NCBI GenBank assembly: GCA_963744645.1
Contig: CAVUUN010000025.1
Span: 11,264 to 75,263, forward strand
Direction: 5' to 3'
DNA length: 64,000 bases
From: an uncultured Acidobacteriota bacterium
Lineage (GTDB): Bacteria > Acidobacteriota > UBA6911 > RPQK01
A model generated the notes under the pieces. That model was given only the letters and a program-made list of their open reading frames with translations, did no database searches and was not told where the DNA came from. The translations under genes were made by a program, and so were the position numbers. Shown one piece after another: positions 37,346 to 46,228 of this stretch. Position 1 is the first letter of the stretch; each line of letters starts with the position of its first letter.

Positions 37346-40300
37346 ATGACTCGTCTTGTACGCGCGAGCACGGCTTTGTTTGTCTTGGTTCTGGCCTTCA
37401 CGGCCCTCGGTTTCGCTCAGACGAGCGCGAGCTTGGGCGGTGTCGTCAAGGACGGGACAGGCGCCGTCATCCCGGGGGCCAACGTCACCTTGACGGAGCC
37501 CGCCAAGAACATGAAGCTTGAGGCACGTCACGTCGCGACTCAGGCACGTTTGACTTCCCTGCGCTCCAGCCTGGCACCTACACAGTCACCGTGGAAATGT
37601 CTGGGTTCAAGCAGGTCGTCAAGAGCGGAATCATCCTGGAAACGAACCAGAGGCAGTCGGCCGGAACGATCGTCATGGAAGTCGGCGAAGTAACGTCGAC
37701 CATCCAGGTGACGGCGGATTCCGGACAGTTGCAGGTCAAAACGCGAAGCGGCGAGCAGGCTGAAATCGTCACCGGCCGGCAGGTGCGCGAATTGGCCATC
37801 AACGGACGCAACTACCTTGACCTGGTGAAGATCATCCCCGGCGTCATCACCACTGGTAACTTCCAGGTCGCTGGTCCCGGCGGCTTCGGCAACATCAGTA
37901 TCAACGGCACCCGGATGGACCAGCACAACCTGACGATCGACGGCGCGACCAACGTCGACACCGGATCGAACGGAACCCAGCACGTTGCGCTGAACATGGA
38001 CGCAATCGAAGAGTTCCAGGTCCTGACCTCGAACTACCAGGCGGAATACGGCCGGTCCGGCGGCGGTGAAATCAAGATCACCACCCGCAGCGGCACCAAG
38101 GAATTCCATGGCACCGCCTACCTGTTCCACCGGCATGAAGGAATGAACGCCAATACATTCTTCCGCAATGGCCTGAACAATCCGTTACCCCTCGGAAGTC
38201 TTTACCGGTACAACTACTTCGGCTACAACGTCGGCGGACCGGTGAAGATGGGCAACTTCCTGAAGGACAAGATGTACTTCTTCTGGGGCCAGGAATGGCA
38301 CAAGCAGTTGGTCCCGGTTGCTACGTCAGCAGGTCCGAATGCCGACCGCCCTCGAAGTCGCTGGCGACTTCAGCCAGACCAAGGACGGTAACGGCAACCT
38401 GAATCACGATCAAGGATCCGCTGACCAGGACAGCCCTTCCCGGACAACAAGATCCCGGCCAACCGCTTCAACACAAGCGGCCAGAACATCCTGAAGTTGT
38501 TCAACAAGTACGTGAACAATGCCGGACGAAGCATGCCGCGGTTCAACCACGAATCGCAGGAAAGTATCAACTACCCGAGGCGCGAGGAGAACATCCGCGT
38601 CGACTACAACATCACGGAGAACCTCCGCATGTTCGCCCGCTTCACGCAGGACAGCGACCAGCAGATCATGCCTTACGGCGTCGGCTGGACTTCAGGGCAG
38701 AACTTCCCGCTGACGCCCACCGACTTCAAGCAGGGCCCGGCGAGAAACGCTTCGTTGAACCTGACTTGGGTCATGAGCAACACGATGACCAACGAATTCG
38801 TGTTCGGACCGAGCCAGAACAACCTGACACTGGACCCGATCGACGCCGGATGCGGCGACTTTCAAGGGCATCGGCATGACTTTTACGCCGCCCTACCCCT
38901 ATTCGCCGTATCAGTTCGTGAACATCAACTTCAGCGGCATCCCGGACCAGACCTACGGCGTCATCAACAACTACAGCCAGTTCCCGTACAAGAACTCCAA
39001 CACCACGTTCGATTTCTACGACAACCTCAACAAGATCTGGGGTTCCCACTCCCTCAAGATCGGCATCTACGCATCAGCGGCAGCGCAAGGACCAGGCGGC
39101 CGGGTCGTCGATGACGATCAACTTCTCGCACAACACAAACAACCCGAACTAATTCCGGCCACCCGTACGCCAACGCTCTATTGGGCAACTTCGACACGTT
39201 TGAACTGCGCCCAACCGGTCGATCGGCCAGGGCCAGTATCGTTCGACCAACATCGAGTGGTACGTCCAGGACAACTGGAGATTCAACTCCAAGTTGACCC
39301 TCGACTACGGCGTCCGGTTCTCCTATATCGGACCCCAGTACGACGACCGCGACCAGGAGCGGTACTTCGACCCGCGACGCATGGGATCCTGCCAAGGCAG
39401 TGCGCCTGTACGGCGGGACAAAGACGGATATGCATTCGATCCTGAACAACCCGACCGTCCTGCTTGGCAAGTACCTTGTCGGCCGCATCGTCCCGGGCTC
39501 GGGCGATCCGTTCAACGGGATGGTCCACATCCGTGGCGGTTTCGACAAGCGCGCTCCGCAGATCGGCCCGTCGCTCGGTTTTGCCTACGACATGTTCGGG
39601 GCAACTGCCAAGACGGTCATCCGCGGCGGCTATCCGCATGGCCTATGACCGCGTGTCCGGCAATACCTCGGTGTTCCCGGCCGTCGGCCAGCCGCCCGTT
39701 TACCTGAACCCCCGGTTCGACTATGGAAACCTGGACACTGTTGGGGCGCCGGCGACCCCGTTCTCGGAACTTCCGGCATCCACGGCATCGACCGGTCAGG
39801 GAAGATCCCGACGGTTCACAGCTTCAGCCTGCAGGTCCAGCAGCAGCTGCCGCATGGACATGGTCCTCAGCATCGGGTACGTCGGGTACCACGTCCTCGC
39901 ACCTGTGGCAGAGGATGAACCTGAACTACATCCCCTACTTCACGACTTTCAAGCGTGAAGCGCAGTATGCCTACAACTGGGGCGGGACTGACATCTCGGT
40001 AGTTCCCGACGCGCAAGATGGCATCGCCCAGGTGTATACGGACGCTGGCTTCAAGTTTGACGGCACCAAGGCGATGCCGGCGGATTTCCTGAAGCCCGTA
40101 CCAGGGCTACACGGATATCCCGTGGCGCGGCCCGATGGGCTCGTCGAACTACCATTCGTTGCAGGTCGAGCTTGCAGCGCCGGTTTGCGCATAGCCTGAC
40201 TTACTCGGTTGCTTACACCTGGGGCAAGGCTATGGATACCGCGAACGGCGTACGATGATTACAGATCATCCGGAATGCGCCCGTTGCTACGACTATCGTC

Positions 40301-40986
40301 GCGCCAGTTTCGACCGAACTCACAACCTGGCGATCAACTACGTCTGGAACCCCCGGCCGCTAGCCGCTTCATGAACGATCATTGGCTGGCCAAGGGAGTC
40401 TTCGACAACTGGCAGCTGTCAGGGATCAGCCAGTTCCAGAGCGGCGCGCCGGCGGAGCCGAACTTCAGCATTTCCGGAGTGAACGCTGGTCAGCGGATCA
40501 CCGGGTCCTGGACTGAAAGCCCGCGTGCGTATCTGGTGAAAAGCCCGATACCCGACAACCAGGACTCGTGAGATGTGGTACGACTTCACGGCGTTCAAAC
40601 TCCCGAATATCGGGCAGGTTGACCCCTGGCCGCGAATGTTCATGGAGAGCCCTGGACTGAACGTGCATGACCTCTCCATCTTCAAGAACTTCCCTCTGTG
40701 GAGCGAGAAGGAGCGGTTCATGCAGTTCCGCCTCGAGATGTTCAACGCGTTCAACCATCCGCAGTTCAACGGCTGGAACAACGGCGTGCAGTTCAACATC
40801 GCTTCCAACTTCTCCGACTACGCAGCGAAGCAGACTGCTACGGCAGCTAATCTCCGCAACCTGCGTGGCGGCGCCACCTCACCGGCCTCCGGCCGTCTGG
40901 GCAACGCCACCGGTGAAGTCAACGGTCAGCCGGGACAGGTTTCGGCCAACCGTGTCATCCAGATCGCTCTGAAGTTGTACTTCTAG
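37346..40986 (+). pseudogene. TonB-dependent receptor with an N-terminal carboxypeptidase-regulatory domain, fragmented by at least 8 frameshifts
   Basis: Ten consecutive ORF fragments run from 37292-37693 to 40573-40986 in alternating frames. Together they span the carboxypeptidase-regulatory domain, the plug domain and a barrel ending in ...ALKLYF. Confidence 0.7.
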
Positions 40987-41109
40987 TTCTCGATACTTCA
41001 GGCAAAGCAAGGGGTCGCATGTTCTGCGACCCCTTTTTCGTTTGGGCCATCCCGAATCGCGGCCGACAAGATTCGCGTCTCTTCAGATTGGAAGACAAAG
41101 GATCCCTAT

Positions 41110-42108
41110 ATGAATCGGTTTCCCTCGTTTGCTGCTCTGCTTGCGCTCCTGGTCCTGGGGACTGGTTTGCCGAGTGCTCTTGGCCAGCTGACTGTCTACA
41201 CGATCTACGGACAGGTTCAGCAGCCCGACGGGAAGCCTGCCGGGCGCGTCGCCGTGGAAATCACCTCCAGCTCGGGTTACGCAAGACAAGTCATGACGAA
41301 TGACCAGGGACAGTACGAGGTGCCCGGACTGGCGGGCGGCCGATACCGTCTCACGGCTACTCATCCGGACGACCCTACTCTTGTCTCCGATCCCGTCGAA
41401 ACTGATATCAGCCGCGCTCCAGTCCCCCGCGTCATGGTCCACCTCTTTCTGCGGTCTTCTGCAGACGCACCCGGGAAATCGAAGGAAGGTTCAGTCGTCT
41501 CCGTACCAGAAATGGCCCAGACCGCACCGAAAGATGCGCAAAAGGCTTACGAGAAAGCGCTCGAGCAGAAAGTAAAAGGGGACCTGACACGTGCGTCCGA
41601 GGAAGTGGCCAAAGCCCTCGTTCTGTTCCCCGAATACTTTCAGGCCATGACACTGAGGGGAGAGTTGCTGATCAGGCAGGGGAAGACCGCCGAGGCACTG
41701 GCGGACTTTTCCAACGCCCTTAAGATCAACCCCGATTTTGGGCCCGCGCTGCGCGGGGCGGGCTTTTGCAAGCTGCAGCAACGCAAAGTTGCGGAGGCGG
41801 CTCTGGACCTCGAACGCGCCCTCCGTTTGAACCCTCTCGACAGCGACGCCCACCTCTATTACGGAATCGCCACCCTGGCCCTCGACAGGAAGATCGAAGC
41901 TCGGCAAAGCCTCGAGCAGGCGCTCCACCTGGCACCCGACGGCGCTGTCAGCGCGCACGTTTACCTGGCCAATCTCGAAGCGGCGGAAGGCCGTTTCCGG
42001 GCCGCCGCCGATCAGCTGGCCGCTTACCTGGTCCTCCGGCCGGATGCGCCCAACGCCGGGAAACTCAAGCTTCAAGAAACCGAGTGGCGACAACGCGGGG
42101 GCCAGTAG
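41110..42108 (+). CDS. Secreted protein with a carboxypeptidase-regulatory-like domain followed by TPR repeats
   Basis: A signal peptide is followed by the carboxypeptidase-regulatory-like stretch YGQVQQPDGKPAGRVAVEI...RYRL and then TPR repeats. Confidence 0.55.
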   Translation: MNRFPSFAALLALLVLGTGLPSALGQLTVYTIYGQVQQPDGKPAGRVAVEITSSSGYARQVMTNDQGQYEVPGLAGGRYRLTATHPDDPTLVSDPVETDISRAPVPRVMVHLFLRSSADAPGKSKEGSVVSVPEMAQTAPKDAQKAYEKALEQKVKGDLTRASEEVAKALVLFPEYFQAMTLRGELLIRQGKTAEALADFSNALKINPDFGPALRGAGFCKLQQRKVAEAALDLERALRLNPLDSDAHLYYGIATLALDRKIEARQSLEQALHLAPDGAVSAHVYLANLEAAEGRFRAAADQLAAYLVLRPDAPNAGKLKLQETEWRQRGGQ

Positions 42109-42275
42109 GACTGCCCTTGTTTCACTCGCAGCCTGGGTGTCCCCGAAGTGCAGATTCCCGGACTGGCGGTTGCCCCGTTGTTTCGAAGAGTCCCACTGGG
42201 AAGTGGGACCCACGGGAAGAGCCCTGATGCGCGCTCCTCGAAGCTCACAACCCCTATGCTATGATCTGAATCGCT

Positions 42276-43400
42276 ATGCTGGTTTCGGTGGTCTTTCTCC
42301 TCCTCGTTCTTGTTGGCTCCGCGCCGCAATCTTCCGATGCCGACACCCGTTTCAGCCGGGCGTACGAACTGCAGAAGAAGGGGGCGCTTCAGGAAGCCGC
42401 AACCGAGTACCGAGCTCTGCTCAAGATCTCTCCCGACAACGCACGGGCCCTGGCCAACCTGGGAGTCGTCCTCGCACAACTCGGCGAGTATCCCGAGGCA
42501 ATCGCGTCCTATGAAAAAGCGTTGCGCCTCGAGCCGCAGCTCAAGCCGATTCTTCTGAACATCGGCATCGCTTATTTCCGGTCGCGCAACTTCTTCAAGG
42601 CTGCCGAGTCGTTGGAGAAGTATCTGCAGACGACGCCCGACTCCCTGCAGGCCCGGCAGTTGCTCGGCCTCTCCCTCGTCGAGATCGGCCGGGATGCCGA
42701 GGCGATACGGTATCTCGAGTCCTCTCTTGCGGCCGCCCCGAACGACCCCTCGGTCTTGTATGCGCTCGGACTCGCGTACCTGCGAGGCCGGCGCCCCGAG
42801 CTTTTCCAGATCATCGACCGGCTGGAGAAGCTGCCGACCGGCATCCCTGCAGCGCATTTCCTGCGCGGACAGTTCCACCTGATGTACGAGGACTATGGGA
42901 AGGCGACCGCCGAGTTTCTGGAAGCCCGGAAGCTAAACCCGGACCTCCCGCGCCTGGAATATTCGCTTGGCTTGGCCCACCTGAAAAACCAGCTCTACCA
43001 GGACGCGATCCAGTGTTTCACCAATGAGCTCAAGCGCTACCCCGAAGACTTCTCGTCGCATTTCTACATCGCCTACACCCAGGAGGCGGCTGGAAACATC
43101 GCCGAAGCCGAGCTGTGGCTCGGCAAAGCCATGAAGTTCGAGCCCGACTCGCCGGCCGCACAGGCGCTCCTCGGCAGGATTCGCATGAAGCAGGGGAGGG
43201 ACCAGGAGGCTCTGTCGGCGCTGGAGTCGTCGACCAGGCGCAACCCACAGGACACCGAAACTCGTTACGTGCTCGCACGCCTCTACCAGAAGCTGGGTCG
43301 TCGCGACGAAGCCGCGAAGGAATTCGCCGAAGTGCAGCGGCTGAAAACCGAGCGGCTCGAGAAGACCCGCGAGTTCCTGGATAGTCAGAAGAAGCAGTAG
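42276..43400 (+). CDS. TPR-repeat protein
   Basis: The protein has multiple TPR repeats and a signal peptide. Confidence 0.55.
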   Translation: MLVSVVFLLLVLVGSAPQSSDADTRFSRAYELQKKGALQEAATEYRALLKISPDNARALANLGVVLAQLGEYPEAIASYEKALRLEPQLKPILLNIGIAYFRSRNFFKAAESLEKYLQTTPDSLQARQLLGLSLVEIGRDAEAIRYLESSLAAAPNDPSVLYALGLAYLRGRRPELFQIIDRLEKLPTGIPAAHFLRGQFHLMYEDYGKATAEFLEARKLNPDLPRLEYSLGLAHLKNQLYQDAIQCFTNELKRYPEDFSSHFYIAYTQEAAGNIAEAELWLGKAMKFEPDSPAAQALLGRIRMKQGRDQEALSALESSTRRNPQDTETRYVLARLYQKLGRRDEAAKEFAEVQRLKTERLEKTREFLDSQKKQ

Positions 43401-43530
43401 TTCTGAGTTCTGAGTTCTGAGTTCTGAGTTCATAGAGCCCCCAACCGTGAACCGCGAACGGTGAAACTCTGAACCGTGAACCGTGAACCGTAAAACCCCG
43501 AACTCAGAACTCAGAACTCAGAACTCAGAC
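43399..43530. repeat. Tandem-repeat palindromic hairpin with (GTTCTGA)n, (GTGAACC)n and (CTCAGAA)n units
   Basis: The repeat overlaps both convergent stop codons. Its GTTCTGA/TCAGAAC units recur at 56520-56660 and 35890-35950. Confidence 0.8.
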
Positions 43531-43535
43531 CCCCC

Positions 43536-44543
43536 CTACGCGAGCGCGCCTCTGCAGGACGAGCCGGCGCCGGCCGTGCAACCGAGACAGTGGGTCGCGG
43601 TCACAATTGCGGCGCCACGCAATTCCTGAAGTGATCCGACTGAGCTGATGTGCGCCGGGCGGTCGTTGATCCTGACCGGCAACTCCACCATTTGGTTGAA
43701 ATCGCAGTCGTACAGATACCCGTCCCAACTGACGCTCACGGTCTCCGAGCACATCAGTCCCGGCAGAGTGCTCTCATTGAACTCGCTCAGAAGAAGCGCC
43801 ATGTAGTCATCGAACTTGCCCCATCTGCGGAGTTGGTCGGCAAAGCGGGCAATCGGCATGTTGGCAATAGTAAGCAGGCGGTTGAACTGGATTCCGTAAT
43901 CTTCGCCAAGGTGCTTGCGGTAGTCCTCTTCCAGCTTGTTTTGAGGACCGGGAAGAAACGCTCCGAGAGGGTTGTAGACCAGATTCAGAGTGAGGCCGGA
44001 GTCCGGCATCCCGAAACCGACGGTATTCAGCCGGCGCAGGGCCTCGATACTTCCTCTAAAGCTCCCCGAGCCGCGCTGCCTGTCGACATTCGCCTGCGTG
44101 TAGCATGGCAGGGAGGCCACAAGTTCGACGTTACGGGCGGCCAGGAATCGCGGGAGATCCTCCTGACCGGCAACTGAGAGCACTGTGAGGTTGCACCGAT
44201 CGATCACGTGGCGCCCGAGCTTGGCGCCTTCGTCGACAAGCAGCCGGAACCAGTCGTTCAACTCGGGTGCGCCACCAGTCAGATCCAGGATCTCGATCGC
44301 CGGGTCACTGCGCAGGAGTCGTACAACCTGTTCCGCCGTTGCCCGTTCCATCTTTTCGGCTCGGGCCGGACTCGCATCCACGTGACAGTGCTGACAGGCC
44401 TGGTTGCAGTACTTTCCGAGGTTGACCTGAAGTACCCGGGCGGAGCGCCTTTCAGGAGGGCTGAGCCGGCGCCGCGAGAGTTCCTCGGCGAAAGTGTCCG
44501 GTGACGCGGGGAACGAGGCAAAAACAGCCATACAGGACCTCAC
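43536..44543 (-). CDS. Radical SAM/Cys-rich protein, ArsS-like (rSAM/selenodomain family, Cys form)
   Basis: CNQACQHC is the CX3CX2C radical SAM cluster motif. The C-terminus HCLGCTAGAGSSCRG matches the CxxC...GSS(C/U) selenodomain pattern. Confidence 0.6.
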   Translation of the reverse strand: MRSCMAVFASFPASPDTFAEELSRRRLSPPERRSARVLQVNLGKYCNQACQHCHVDASPARAEKMERATAEQVVRLLRSDPAIEILDLTGGAPELNDWFRLLVDEGAKLGRHVIDRCNLTVLSVAGQEDLPRFLAARNVELVASLPCYTQANVDRQRGSGSFRGSIEALRRLNTVGFGMPDSGLTLNLVYNPLGAFLPGPQNKLEEDYRKHLGEDYGIQFNRLLTIANMPIARFADQLRRWGKFDDYMALLLSEFNESTLPGLMCSETVSVSWDGYLYDCDFNQMVELPVRINDRPAHISSVGSLQELRGAAIVTATHCLGCTAGAGSSCRGALA

Positions 44544-44554
44544 TTGTTCTCAGT

Positions 44555-45148
44555 CTACTCGGGCAACAAATCAGGATACAGTTCCAGATCGTCCACCTCG
44601 TCGATGTCTTTTAGCGACCGGAGACGGGCATAGCTCTTCTTATGGTTTTCCAGAACCCGGATCGTCTCGGAAGCGACGCCGGAAGTACTCCACGATATTC
44701 CCCGGAATACTTCTGGAAAGAGCCGGGAGAGGCCGATGAGCCAGTAACCTCCGTCGTCGGCCGGACCGATGACCGCATCGTGGTCGCGGAGAAGTTCGAA
44801 GGCCTCGCGCAAATCCGCGGCTCCCAGATCGGGGACGTCGCTTCCGATCGCGATCACACCTCGACGGCCGCCGTCCTGGGCTTCGGCAAACGCCTCGGCC
44901 AGCCTTTGACCAAGGTCCCCGTCCGCCTGCGCCACGTATCGATCGGCATCCGGCAGCCAGGTCCGGATCATCTTCACGGCGGAGGACGGCTCGAACAGCA
45001 CCCAGTGCTCGCACATCTCGTAGCGTCGTATCTGATGCCACACTCTCTGTGCGAGGCGGGAATAGAGAAGGGCCGATTTCTCAAGTCCGATAGATCGCCC
45101 AAGTCGTGTCTTCACCCGCCCGGGTTCCGGCTGCTTCACGAAAATCAT
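44555..45148 (-). CDS. DUF2064-family protein (rSAM/selenodomain-associated transferase 1 type)
   Basis: MIFVKQPEPGRVKTRL and DDGGYWLIGL are motifs of this family. An AAGGA ribosome-binding site precedes the ATG, and the alternative start MRRPK lies at 45172. Confidence 0.6.
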   Translation of the reverse strand: MIFVKQPEPGRVKTRLGRSIGLEKSALLYSRLAQRVWHQIRRYEMCEHWVLFEPSSAVKMIRTWLPDADRYVAQADGDLGQRLAEAFAEAQDGGRRGVIAIGSDVPDLGAADLREAFELLRDHDAVIGPADDGGYWLIGLSRLFPEVFRGISWSTSGVASETIRVLENHKKSYARLRSLKDIDEVDDLELYPDLLPE

Positions 45149-45361
45149 GGCAACATCCTTGGGCCGACGCACGGTAAGTGATTATAATCGAGGCCAGCCG
45201 GCTTACGAAGAGTTACTATCCGGCTCCAGATCGCTCTGCTCGCTTCGTGTCGTCCATGTGATCTCGCCTCCGCCCCTGAAAAAACGAACCATCCAACATT
45301 TTTCTGTTTCATCCGACTAAAACGTGATATACGGGTGCCGCATTTTTAGGGAGGTCCTTGA

Positions 45362-46111
45362 ATGAAGACTGTCTGCTTTTCTTTGACTTTTTTTCTCTCA
45401 ATCCTCACCCTCAGCGCTCTAGCAGTTAAGAACCCGACATCCATCCCAAGCACCCGGCCGGACGGCCGGACAGTCCTTAAACCCAACGTGGTCAACGTGG
45501 AAGATTTGTTCGTTCCCGAGAAGGCGACCGCGCAACTGCGAGAAGCCGAGAAGGACGCGAAGGCAGCCCGCCCTGATCAGGCTCTCAAACATCTCGAGAA
45601 AGCGATCGAAATCTATCCTAAGTTTTCGCCCGCCCATAACAACATGGGGCTCCTGTACATGGAAGCCGGGAAGACAGGCGAAGCTGAAAAGGCATTTTTG
45701 AACGCCGTCAAGACGGGGGCGACTAACGCGTGCGCCCACCAGAACCTGGGTTACCTGTACCTGATGCTCGACCGCCCGAAAGATGCGATTGACCCTCTGT
45801 CGAAGGCCGTGCATTTGGGAGATCCAGACCCGGATGTCCTCTCCTTCCTTGGAGAGGCCCTCTACCTCGAAGGTCGTTATCAGGAAGCGGCCGGGACCTT
45901 TCGGGAGGCTTTGATCCTCGAGCCGCGGCACTGCGCGGCGGCCTATCGCCTGGCATGTGCCGAGGCCCGGCTGGGCCACTTTACGGAAGCGCTGGCCGTG
46001 CTCCGTGATCTAGGAAGATCAGAGCATCCCGGGATTGCGGATCAGGACATCGAGGCTTTAGCCAAGGCCCTTGAAGCGAAGGTCAGCCGCTCGTCCGTCC
46101 AATCGAACTAG
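45362..46111 (+). CDS. Secreted TPR-repeat protein
   Basis: A signal peptide is followed by TPR repeats. Confidence 0.55.
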   Translation: MKTVCFSLTFFLSILTLSALAVKNPTSIPSTRPDGRTVLKPNVVNVEDLFVPEKATAQLREAEKDAKAARPDQALKHLEKAIEIYPKFSPAHNNMGLLYMEAGKTGEAEKAFLNAVKTGATNACAHQNLGYLYLMLDRPKDAIDPLSKAVHLGDPDPDVLSFLGEALYLEGRYQEAAGTFREALILEPRHCAAAYRLACAEARLGHFTEALAVLRDLGRSEHPGIADQDIEALAKALEAKVSRSSVQSN

Positions 46112-46228
46112 GCGTTCAGAGGAAAGAGTCATCCACGAACTGACACAAAGGAAACGAATCAGGCGAAACCAGTGTTCGCTTTAAGTCGTGTTTATTCGTG
46201 TTAGTTGGTGGATGCTCTTACCTGGACT

